IMG/VR virus record: IMGVR_UViG_3300011438_000023
Coordinates: 1 to 39,492 of that record
Strand: one strand, 5' to 3'
Source: a virus
Taxonomy: Duplodnaviria; Caudoviricetes
DNA: 39,492 nt
Part shown: positions 10,592-18,392 of the stretch, piece by piece
Position numbering within the stretch: position 1 is the stretch's first letter
Layout: the number at the start of each line of letters is the position of its first letter
Made by a program: the position numbers and the translations under genes
The notes under the pieces: model-generated
Told to the model about the DNA's origin: nothing
The model's database searches: none
The model's input: only the letters and a program-made list of their open reading frames with translations

Positions 10592-11166
10592 TACCGAAAC
10601 CCACTCCTGCGTGCATTGACGAAGGGATTGGATCGAATCTGTTTGTTGGGTCTGCCCTGCGCATCGGCATACATCGCCCGCGCACGTTGCGCGAGGTAGA
10701 GATTCTGCCACTTGCTCGCGTGCGAGTCCGATTCCGTGACTGGCTTGGCCATGTTCATCGCCATCGAATAAGTCAGCATCAGCGCGAAGTACGACGGCAC
10801 ATCGGTGATCTCCGGCTTGAACTGGTAGTCGAGGTAGATTGTCGAGTTGTTAGCGTACAGATGATCGCCGTATATCTCATACGAGCACGAGGGCAATACC
10901 CCAATGGGCAGCAGCATGTCGGACGGCAACTGAAAGGCATGCTGCCACTCGTTGAGAGGCTCGGCTACGAGCTGCGCCAACTGCACCTTGGTGCACGAGA
11001 AGCGCCAGCGACAGGCGGTGAGTTCCGCTTCGTATATCTGCTCGAACAGGTTCGCGCCAATGGTGACGCCGTTGCGGTTCTCGGTCAGCGACGTGGCTGG
11101 AGCTTCACCCAGACACACGAGCGCGTTTGAGATGATCCCGATCTTGGTATTCGTCACGATAGGCAT
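10591..11166 (-). CDS. Tail tubular protein A (adaptor, T7 gp11-like)
   Basis: Start MPIVTNTKIGIISNALVCLG after GGAGAAG RBS; WRFS and FQLPSDML motifs, C-term ARAMYADAQ. Confidence 0.88.
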   Translation of the reverse strand: MPIVTNTKIGIISNALVCLGEAPATSLTENRNGVTIGANLFEQIYEAELTACRWRFSCTKVQLAQLVAEPLNEWQHAFQLPSDMLLPIGVLPSCSYEIYGDHLYANNSTIYLDYQFKPEITDVPSYFALMLTYSMAMNMAKPVTESDSHASKWQNLYLAQRARAMYADAQGRPNKQIRSNPFVNARRSGFR

Positions 11167-11702
11167 TTCTTCACCTGCCAGCAGCCTGAGAGTTTTCCGG
11201 CGTTGCCATGACGATAACCGCCGCTCCACGTTTCAACGATCAACTTATGCCAATCCTCTGCCGGCATGGCCGACGGATGCAGTTCAACCCCGTGATACGA
11301 GTGCGACTTCCACGACGCGGACACCGTGACGGTCTTCTTCGCAACGCGGTAGAACTCGCGCAATGCGGGAACGATGTCATCGTAGGTCAGGTGCTCGAGC
11401 ACATCGAAACACGTGACGTGATCGAACTCACCGTCCGCGAACGGCAGGGCGTGGGCCTCCGCGTACACGATCACGGGGGGCTTGAGCAGGTACGGAACCA
11501 CTTCCGTACCGCGCCGCGGGTGGTGCTTGTAGTCCTTCGCAAGCGTGATGGTCTCGCCTCGTCCAGTCCCAACGTCGAGCAGCGAACCCGGTTCCAGAGC
11601 AGACAGCACGCGAATGACATCTGCAAAACGCGTCTTGCCCATGCGGTACTCGCTGTTTCGGTACGCGACCGGGTACTTAGCAATCTCTTCAGATCGGCTC
11701 AC
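11154..11702 (-). CDS. Class I SAM-dependent methyltransferase (Methyltransf_11-like, not a DNA MTase)
   Basis: Motif I LLDVGTGRG; AHALPFADGEFDHVTCFDVLEHL; ALREFYRV; no DPPY/NPPY or PC motif. Confidence 0.88.
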   Translation of the reverse strand: MSRSEEIAKYPVAYRNSEYRMGKTRFADVIRVLSALEPGSLLDVGTGRGETITLAKDYKHHPRRGTEVVPYLLKPPVIVYAEAHALPFADGEFDHVTCFDVLEHLTYDDIVPALREFYRVAKKTVTVSASWKSHSYHGVELHPSAMPAEDWHKLIVETWSGGYRHGNAGKLSGCWQVKKCLS

Positions 11703-12286
11703 TGTAGCAGCGCCTTGTATTTCTCACCGTCCGACAGCTTCCAAGGGCGTGGCTTGCCGTGGAAGTAAACGACGCGCGTGTCGCGCGGTAGCCTCTTATC
11801 CCGGATGTGCATCTTGTAGCTGTAGAAACCGGGAAGATGATCTTGCAGGAGCTTGGGCGCCACATGCGGAAAGATCCCCTCGTTGACCCATCGGTCGTGC
11901 CGCATGTCGGAATCTCGCTGCTCGTAGATGCGCGAGAAATCGCCATGCCACGCCATGATGCCCGAAGTCGGTTTGCCGTACCTGGGGCACTTGAGCGCCC
12001 AAAATTCACCTGACCCGACCTTTATCTCCGGGTCTCGAATCACCGTGGTGTCCAAGTCCATGTACAGGACCGGGCCGTCAAACAATCCAGGCCGGAAAAG
12101 CTCCACCTGGCCCCACCACCTGGCCCAGTTGTGTTTGAGCGGGATTCGCTCGCATGCGACCGGCACATCTGACAGGCACACGAAGCGATTGTGAGGGATC
12201 ACCTCACACTGATACATGAGGCGCGCGACGTGCTTCTCGTTGAAGTCCGGCCCTCCTGAACGCAGCAGGCAAGCAATCGTCAGCAT
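11699..12286 (-). CDS. GT-A fold glycosyltransferase (GT8-like)
   Basis: FVCLSD, DxD motif in LYMDLD, TSGIMAW, C-terminal VVYFHGKPRPW. Confidence 0.82.
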   Translation of the reverse strand: MLTIACLLRSGGPDFNEKHVARLMYQCEVIPHNRFVCLSDVPVACERIPLKHNWARWWGQVELFRPGLFDGPVLYMDLDTTVIRDPEIKVGSGEFWALKCPRYGKPTSGIMAWHGDFSRIYEQRDSDMRHDRWVNEGIFPHVAPKLLQDHLPGFYSYKMHIRDKRLPRDTRVVYFHGKPRPWKLSDGEKYKALLQ

Positions 12287-12855
12287 GGCGCACCCAAGAG
12301 GTCACGCGAGTAACCTGACATGGAGAACACATTATGACCTTCGCCCTTGGCGCGCACCGCGAAGGTCCGCCGATAGTTGGCGTACATGCGCCCCTCGCCC
12401 TTGCCGATCCGTGCGCATGAATGACCAACGCCCTTGGACTCGCCAGGCGCATAGCCAGAGTCGTCGATGGGACACCCGCACAGAATGATCCGCTCGTATC
12501 CCATTCCTTTGGCGATGCGAACGGCTTTCCATGCGGAGGTTCCTCCGGTGGAGACACCTTCCCATACATGCGTGAAATGAGCCGGGTTGGTATCACCTCG
12601 CACGGATGCGTGAATGAAGGGGATGGAGGTCTTGAACTTGGCCGCGCGCGCGCCCTTGAACATCGGCGCTTTCTCACCATGACCGATCAGCCAGTGTTCG
12701 GCCCGCTCGAACAGGAGTGCAGCTCCGTTGATCAGGAACCTGTGGCATGGGCCAAGAGCCTCCGCTGCCGCCACATCGTCGAACACGCACGGAGCGGAAC
12801 CCACGATGAGCACGGTTCCTCCGTAGGGGTTCGGCCATGGAGGAATGGCCCTCAC
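12280..12855 (-). CDS. Putative glycosyltransferase of the Maf/DUF115/sialyltransferase-like fold
   Basis: VLIVGSAPCV...FLING and GGTSAWKAVRIAKGMGYERIILCGCPID match the GxGPS / GxS-helix-G-x-x-I-L-G-x-D pattern of this group. Confidence 0.6.
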   Translation of the reverse strand: MRAIPPWPNPYGGTVLIVGSAPCVFDDVAAAEALGPCHRFLINGAALLFERAEHWLIGHGEKAPMFKGARAAKFKTSIPFIHASVRGDTNPAHFTHVWEGVSTGGTSAWKAVRIAKGMGYERIILCGCPIDDSGYAPGESKGVGHSCARIGKGEGRMYANYRRTFAVRAKGEGHNVFSMSGYSRDLLGAPC

Positions 12856-14534
12856 CCGCGCCCCCGTAGCGGCGAGATGATGCCGCGCCGCCTGCGATCG
12901 CGCTTGCGACCAGAGCCAGAGGCGAAGGTGGGCAGCGTGTCGCGGGTCGTAGTCGTGAACGTGTCGCTGACTCCACCGATGGTCAGGGCCGTGTTGACTG
13001 CTGTCAGGAGGCTCGCGCTCGCGGTGTGTCGAGCAGCGAAGGTGTCGCCGTTGACCGCCGTCCCCGCGCTCGACACATACGCCCCGCCGTTCTTGGAGTA
13101 GGTCCCGCCAGTAATGGACACCGCCACGCTGGTCCCGGTGTCGAGGCCCGAGACCGTGATGGTGTTGGAGGTCTGAACCTCGGACGGCTCAACCCCTGTC
13201 AGGTCCGTGAAGGAGAAGGCCGCTGGCGTGACATCTTCAGCGCGGGTGGTCGAGGTGAAGGTGTCAGACCCAGTACCGATGTTGAGCACGGTGCTGACGC
13301 CCGTGGAATAGCTGGCCGAGGCTGTATGCCTGACGCTGAACGTGTCGCCATTGGTCGCGGTACCGGAGGCCGAGGTGTAGCCGCCGCCGTTCTTTGAATA
13401 CGTGCCGCCCGTGATTGAGACAGCAACCGACACGCCAAGGCCCGCAACGGTGATCGTGTTGGAAGTCTGCGTGGAACTCGGCGTCTGGTTCGTGGTGTCG
13501 GTGAATGCAAAGGCGTCCGGCGTTTCATCGTCGCCAGCCTCTTCAATGGTCTGTGTGGCCGCATCGCCCCACGTGCCGTCCCCCGCAGCCCATATCTGGA
13601 AATCAAACGCGGTCACGCCGTCATCCACATCGAAGGTCAGGTCGTCGTTGACCGTCACATCACCGATCACACCGCCCGCCACGTTGAACCACATCACGTA
13701 ATCGCCGGCCACCGCGTCGGCGGTGCTGTCCAGTCGCACATCAGGATCGGCGTTCGGGGTGCCAATGAGCAGCGTGTTGCTGCCGCTGCGATCGGTGATC
13801 GTGATCGCTTGCGTGTCTTCCTGCGCGTCGCCGTTGACCACGGCCATGCTGGCGGAACCCGCGTGCGGGGCGCTTACTGGTCCAGTGGTGCCGATCGTAA
13901 TCATGTCGGCAATGACTTCGCTCGCGCCCGATGAGTCCTCGTTCAGCCCGTAGGTAAATCCACCCTGACGGATCTGCGCGACAGCGCTCGATCCATTGGT
14001 GATGTCGATGGAGACGTTCTGCTGCTCGAGCGTGATCGTGTTGTCTTCGTCCACATCCACGATAACGGGGGCAGATGAGCCGCCCTCCGTGTAATCGACA
14101 AGGACCGCGAGGTTCCAGGGGCTGAGAGCGATGAGGTCAGCAGGGTTCGGCGCTGTTGGTGCGCCAGATATTCCGGTGTCAGCGTACGCAGCCGGCGTGC
14201 CGTCAAAGCCGTTCGATATCTGTATTTCGTCTGTGCCGTTGTCCGAGAGCACGCCGAATCCGTACTCCGCAGCCCCAACTCCTGAGGCGATCGTAAAGTC
14301 GTAGGTCGTGCCGGCGCCGTTGGTGATGTCGCTGCGCACGCTGGATGACGCGACCAGCGTGTTGCCGCTGTAGATCACGGCCCGCACCTGATGCGCGTTG
14401 CTTGAGCCGGTCTCCTTCAAGCGCACGCGAATGAAATTGATCGTGCAGGCGGGGACCGTCAGACGGCTGACAATGATCGCATCGTCAAAGGCCTGCCAGA
14501 ATCCAAGGTCTGCGCTGGTGCCTACCTGTGCCAT
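12852..14534 (-). CDS. Acidic Ser/Thr/Gly-rich virion decoration/fiber protein with two tandem beta-sandwich-like repeats (560 aa)
   Basis: Start MAQVGTSADLG at 14534 (TGATG coupling); two ~96-aa repeats; basic C-terminal tail GRKRDRRRRG. Confidence 0.75.
   Translation of the reverse strand: MAQVGTSADLGFWQAFDDAIIVSRLTVPACTINFIRVRLKETGSSNAHQVRAVIYSGNTLVASSSVRSDITNGAGTTYDFTIASGVGAAEYGFGVLSDNGTDEIQISNGFDGTPAAYADTGISGAPTAPNPADLIALSPWNLAVLVDYTEGGSSAPVIVDVDEDNTITLEQQNVSIDITNGSSAVAQIRQGGFTYGLNEDSSGASEVIADMITIGTTGPVSAPHAGSASMAVVNGDAQEDTQAITITDRSGSNTLLIGTPNADPDVRLDSTADAVAGDYVMWFNVAGGVIGDVTVNDDLTFDVDDGVTAFDFQIWAAGDGTWGDAATQTIEEAGDDETPDAFAFTDTTNQTPSSTQTSNTITVAGLGVSVAVSITGGTYSKNGGGYTSASGTATNGDTFSVRHTASASYSTGVSTVLNIGTGSDTFTSTTRAEDVTPAAFSFTDLTGVEPSEVQTSNTITVSGLDTGTSVAVSITGGTYSKNGGAYVSSAGTAVNGDTFAARHTASASLLTAVNTALTIGGVSDTFTTTTRDTLPTFASGSGRKRDRRRRGIISPLRGRG
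12942..13530 (-). repeat. Tandem ~290-bp coding duplication (TPxAFxFTD...SNTITVxGL...GGTYSKNGG...NGDTF..RHTASAS...SDTFTxTTR)
   Basis: Direct comparison of the two translated units at ~13240-13530 and ~12942-13235. Confidence 0.9.
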
Positions 14535-15565
14535 CAGAATCCAGCCGGAGGCGGTATCCAACCACCTGATGCGCAAACGACGTTGCTGATCTTGAGCGAC
14601 ACTCCGGCGTGCGCGTTGCGTATGCGCTGCCAGTATCCAGCGATGTAGGAGTTGTAGGCGCTGGGCACAGCCCACCCACGGTGATTGAAGGCGTACGTGC
14701 CACCAGAGCCGCATTGCATAGACGCGGTGCGATGGACCGACTTGACCAGTTCGCCGCCCTCGGGCTTGCAGTAGATGATTGTCTGCTCATCCCCGTTGGT
14801 GGAGTCCATCACGATGCAGACGAACACCGCGACGCCACCGTAGTCGGTGAAATCGAAGGGCGTGTTCACCCCGTCGTAAATCATCGGGCCACCCGCGCCG
14901 CCGTTCTGCGCGGCGAGGTACAGCCCAATGGGGGCCTCGGCAGCGCTGCTTGGCGAGTAGGTGTGTCCGCCAGACGGTTCGTAAACGGGGATCAACCCGA
15001 TCACCTGGCGCGTGTTGTCGTCAATGCCCGTGCCGGCTGAGTTGTACCCGCTGACGTCCAAGAACTTGCACGAGCCGTACAGGTAGCCGCCAAGTCCGCT
15101 ATTGGCCGGAGGTGGCGCTTCTGCCTGCCTTACTAAGTCAGTGTAGAACGTGGTGAACTCGTCGATGAAGGTCTGCGAGAGTTCCAACTCAAACCCGATT
15201 GCGAGGATCTGGCAGGAGTCCGCAGCCATGCCATCGAGCGGCCACCACTTGAGGCCCGATCCCTGCTGCTGCTCGATGCCGACAACGCCTGAGCCGTCCT
15301 GCGAGAGCGTGCATTGATAGCAGGGCCCGCCGTCCCATGCGCCCGTGGGCTGATGCTCCCAGGTAGCGAGTACCGTAGATCCGCCATCTGTGATGGGGCC
15401 GTTGTTCGGGACGTTGACCGAAACGAACTCGCGCGCTATCAGCACTGAGCCTGTGCTGTAGCCATCGGGGTTCTCTTCGCTGCCCGGCTCGTTGTCAGGG
15501 TCCGAGTAGCGCCGTCCGCCTACCGCATCCAGCACCCACTCTTTCGGTTCTGCGTCTTTGGTCAT
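14534..15565 (-). CDS. Hypothetical virion-associated protein, 343 aa, Gly/aromatic-rich (possibly carbohydrate-binding)
   Basis: Long ORF with AAGGA RBS, coupled to the next gene; function not recognised. Confidence 0.7.
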   Translation of the reverse strand: MTKDAEPKEWVLDAVGGRRYSDPDNEPGSEENPDGYSTGSVLIAREFVSVNVPNNGPITDGGSTVLATWEHQPTGAWDGGPCYQCTLSQDGSGVVGIEQQQGSGLKWWPLDGMAADSCQILAIGFELELSQTFIDEFTTFYTDLVRQAEAPPPANSGLGGYLYGSCKFLDVSGYNSAGTGIDDNTRQVIGLIPVYEPSGGHTYSPSSAAEAPIGLYLAAQNGGAGGPMIYDGVNTPFDFTDYGGVAVFVCIVMDSTNGDEQTIIYCKPEGGELVKSVHRTASMQCGSGGTYAFNHRGWAVPSAYNSYIAGYWQRIRNAHAGVSLKISNVVCASGGWIPPPAGF

Positions 15566-15573
15566 GGCGATCC

Positions 15574-15930
15574 TTAGGAGGTCGCCATTTCCCTGACTGT
15601 TTCGAGCTGCACCGCCACGTCCGCCGATCCCACCCGCAGCACTCTGAAATGGGTCGTCAAGTCAGGGGGCTGGACGATCGCCTCACCGCCCAACTGAAGG
15701 ATGGAGTTCAGGTCTGCCGCCGCAGCGCCCATGCCAGTGGTGCCGAACCGCAGCCAGATGGAATCCGTACAGCGAACGATGAGCGCGCTGCCTCCTGCGG
15801 GGATAGCGGCCTCTGCCGTGGTGGATGCCGCCGCTGTGGCGTTCACCCGGGTACCAGTGCCGTGAACGACTTGGACAGGGGTTCCATCGGGGAACTGGAT
15901 CGAGCGGGACAACTTCACAGGATTCGCCAT
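15574..15930 (-). CDS. Small putative head decoration/spike-base protein
   Basis: 118 aa beta-rich ORF with CAGGAG RBS, downstream of the capsid genes. Confidence 0.65.
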   Translation of the reverse strand: MANPVKLSRSIQFPDGTPVQVVHGTGTRVNATAAASTTAEAAIPAGGSALIVRCTDSIWLRFGTTGMGAAAADLNSILQLGGEAIVQPPDLTTHFRVLRVGSADVAVQLETVREMATS

Positions 15931-15942
15931 GCTTCACTCCTG

Positions 15943-15967
15943 AAAAAAGGGGGCCACGAGCACCCCC
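15943..15967 (-). terminator. Rho-independent terminator after the capsid genes
   Basis: Minus strand GGGGGT-GCTCGTG-GCCCCC followed by TTTTTT. Confidence 0.75.
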
Positions 15968-15977
15968 AATGCGCCGA

Positions 15978-16295
15978 TCAATCCGAGTCGGTCGTGGTCA
16001 ATGCCAACACGTTCGCAACGTCGATCGTATCCACACCAGCACTGATGCTGGACGAGTTCACGACATGGAAACCGCCCGTGGAGAACGCCTCGTTGGACGC
16101 TCCCAAGTTGGTCACCGTCGCCCGAATGATCACGTCGCCGACTTTCAGCACGTCCGCAGCACCAAGGAAATACTGCGCGCCGTCCACCGTGCCGACTGCG
16201 TCATCCGTCTTGTAGGCCCACAGGGAGAATGCAGAACCAAGGTACCCACCTCCCGTGCCGCCGATCTTGACCAATCTGTCTCTTACGAATGCCAT
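15978..16295 (-). CDS. Small capsid-associated protein
   Basis: 105 aa, TAAGGAG RBS, directly after the major capsid gene; YF...LKVGDVII motif. Confidence 0.75.
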   Translation of the reverse strand: MAFVRDRLVKIGGTGGGYLGSAFSLWAYKTDDAVGTVDGAQYFLGAADVLKVGDVIIRATVTNLGASNEAFSTGGFHVVNSSSISAGVDTIDVANVLALTTTDSD

Positions 16296-16307
16296 GATGG
16301 TTTCTCC

Positions 16308-17150
16308 TTACTCGATGCACTCGATCTCGACGATGCCATCCGCATCGCGTCCGACCGAGCCACATTTGAGAATGCCATTGGCCAACCACGAAACCTTTTC
16401 AGGGATGTAGTTCGTTTCCTGGCGGATATCGATGCCGCAGGCGTGGCCTACGGCTGCCTTGTGCCACGCGAACGCACGCTGCTCGGACGACTCGTCGGGC
16501 AGATCGCCCTCGTCGCGGTCTTCCAGCTCGATGAACTTGAAGCTGACGAACGAATCCAGTTCGCCGTTCACGAGAGCCTTCACCGTGTTGAAGTCGCTGG
16601 AGGTCGCCTCGGTCTCACCGAGCAGGCCTTCCATCTGCGCGGCGGTGTGCGCGATGTAACGATCGCCTTTCGGTACACCCTTGGCGCCGAGATAGCGATT
16701 CGCCCGGCGCAGCTTGTCCACGTTGAGGTTGCTGTTGGTGCCGCCGATGTCTTCCGAGACCGTGCCGGCGATGCCGGTCGTGTCGTCGATCGCATCGATG
16801 ATCAAGGCATCTTCACGCCGGCCCAGTGCATTGGCGATGCAGGACGCAAGCTCGCGCTGCTCGTCGAAGTTGACTTCGGCCTGATCGAAGATGTCCGTGT
16901 ATTCGGGCGCGTACCAGTTGGTCAACGTCGCCGTCTGTTGAGTGTGCGCCACGTTCATGGGCGTCACGTCGGAGGATGGGGCCGCACGCTGCTGGGCATA
17001 GCCCTTGCTCATCTTGCGGAATTTGTAGGTATCGCCAACGACACCGGTTCTAAGGGTCACGGCACCGCGGAGCTTGCCCGCTCCCTGGTACGCCTGTTTG
17101 ACTTCGCTATCGAATTCGGTGTTAGCGACACTGGAAAGTGACACTGACAT
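16308..17150 (-). CDS. Major capsid protein
   Basis: 280 aa; FDSEVKQAYQ...KLR, ALGRREDALII, SSDFNTVKALVNGELDSF motifs; follows scaffold; GAGGA RBS. Confidence 0.92.
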   Translation of the reverse strand: MSVSLSSVANTEFDSEVKQAYQGAGKLRGAVTLRTGVVGDTYKFRKMSKGYAQQRAAPSSDVTPMNVAHTQQTATLTNWYAPEYTDIFDQAEVNFDEQRELASCIANALGRREDALIIDAIDDTTGIAGTVSEDIGGTNSNLNVDKLRRANRYLGAKGVPKGDRYIAHTAAQMEGLLGETEATSSDFNTVKALVNGELDSFVSFKFIELEDRDEGDLPDESSEQRAFAWHKAAVGHACGIDIRQETNYIPEKVSWLANGILKCGSVGRDADGIVEIECIE

Positions 17151-17280
17151 GGTTTGTCCTCGAAAAATTAGGAACGTGAGACGTTGCTAATTCGGGTGTC
17201 CAGTGATGGGCCGAATCTAGCTGCATGCGTTGCAGCCTTTCCGGCCTCGGTCACGGGCTCTTTCGAGGTGTCCGCTTATG
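17151..17280 (-). promoter_or_regulatory. Structured 5' leader of the major capsid mRNA
   Basis: Hairpins CGG-ACAC-CTC-GAAA-GAG-C-CCG (17254-17274) and ATTCGG-C-CCA-TCAC-TGG-ACAC-CCGAAT (17190-17216) share the same internal loop. Confidence 0.6.
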
Positions 17281-17281
17281 A

Positions 17282-17320
17282 GGCGTGTAAAATCTACCTT
17301 ACACGCCGTCGCTGCGTCAA
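17282..17320 (-). promoter_or_regulatory. Putative sigma70-type capsid promoter overlapped by a 9-bp inverted repeat
   Basis: TTGACG-18 bp-TAGATT; GGCGTGTAA/TTACACGCC arms flank the -10 element. Confidence 0.55.
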
Positions 17321-18171
17321 CGCTTTCCTACGACCACGCGATGTTCTCCGTCACCCACGACGCCCTTCAGTTCCTCGCGGTACTGCGCGCGGCCCTCGGG
17401 GGTGTCGATCAGGCATTTCTTCGTGGTTGGATCTGGCGTGCGGTACTTCTTGTTGATATCGCCGAGCGTGTTGCCGATGCTGTCGTTCTGCTCGCGCGGT
17501 AATGCCGGATCTCGTTTGCCGAGCATCACCCCTTCGATGACCTTGAACACGTCGGCCGGTCGGGACCAGACGCCAAGCAATCTGTCGAGGCTGCCGGCGA
17601 ACTCATCCCCCACGTTGGCCTTGGCCCAGTCCTGAACCGCTTTGATGCGCGCGTCGGCATTGTCGCCAATGAGCTTCTTCTCCTGCGCGATGTCGGTCAT
17701 CTCGTAGTTGGCGATCAAATCCACCCCGACGCTAAACACCTCGTTGAAGGCTTCTTGCGAGAGGTTGTATTTCTTCGCAATGCCATCGAGCTTGGACAAC
17801 GAGGGGTCGTCGGACTTGATCTCCATCGAGTCCTTGTAGGCGTCTGGCAGGACGTAGGCGTATTGCTCTGGAGCCTTCGGGATCGCGGAGAGCTTGGTCT
17901 CCATCTCCTTGAGCTTCGTGCCCTGCGTCCCGAGCAGCGCTGAGGCTTCCTTGTACGCCTTCGCCTGATCAGCGACGGACTTGTACTTGGTGCCGTCGTA
18001 CCAGTCGGGAGCCTTGCCTGAACCCTTGACGCCTTCCTGCAGGAACCAGTCCTGAACAGCGGCGACAGGCGCCGCTACAGCGGCGGGCGCTTGACCTTGC
18101 GTGGTCGCTTGACTTTCGCCCCCGGCTGAACCATCGGCGGTGGCGGCGTGAAGATAACGTCGTGTGAGCAT
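17317..18171 (-). CDS. Capsid scaffolding protein
   Basis: KYKSVADQAKAYKE, APEQY, AKKYNLSQEAFN motifs typical of T7 gp9-like scaffolds; lies between portal and capsid. Confidence 0.85.
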   Translation of the reverse strand: MLTRRYLHAATADGSAGGESQATTQGQAPAAVAAPVAAVQDWFLQEGVKGSGKAPDWYDGTKYKSVADQAKAYKEASALLGTQGTKLKEMETKLSAIPKAPEQYAYVLPDAYKDSMEIKSDDPSLSKLDGIAKKYNLSQEAFNEVFSVGVDLIANYEMTDIAQEKKLIGDNADARIKAVQDWAKANVGDEFAGSLDRLLGVWSRPADVFKVIEGVMLGKRDPALPREQNDSIGNTLGDINKKYRTPDPTTKKCLIDTPEGRAQYREELKGVVGDGEHRVVVGKR

Positions 18172-18392
18172 GATTGTGACACCTTTCCAGATTGGGCGAG
18201 TTCGACCTGGCGAATGATCTTGACCACGAAATCACGCAGTGCGTTATTCGCGGCGAGTTCGGCATGGGATGCGTTGGCGGGCAGCGTCTTCTCGACGATG
18301 TGCTGGTAGAAGTGGCGCAGCAACTCGGTAGGGAATGCCGCGCTGTAGTTGCCGGCGAAGGCCACGGCTTTGAGTAGCTGCTCCTCGCTCAT
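18075..18392 (-). CDS. Small protein between portal and scaffold (Bbp19-like position)
   Basis: ATGA-coupled to portal; its 3' end overlaps the scaffold start by ~97 nt. Confidence 0.65.
   Translation of the reverse strand: MSEEQLLKAVAFAGNYSAAFPTELLRHFYQHIVEKTLPANASHAELAANNALRDFVVKIIRQVELAQSGKVSQSCSHDVIFTPPPPMVQPGAKVKRPRKVKRPPL

Noticed and set aside
11154-12855. DNA hypermodification or O-antigen conversion role for the GT/MTase genes
   Set aside because: Late structural location, no nucleotide-modifying partner genes, no TM segments or Gtr-type flippase; not excluded but less likely
16296-16340. Programmed frameshift extending the capsid protein (T7 10A/10B type)
   Set aside because: No slippery sequence before the TAA; the next gene has its own strong RBS
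15825-17141. Long plus-strand ORF (438 aa), and similar ones at 18434-19645, 6853-7689 and 36230-37393
   Set aside because: Antisense shadows of capsid, portal, ejection protein and transposase genes, expected in GC-rich DNA; no motifs
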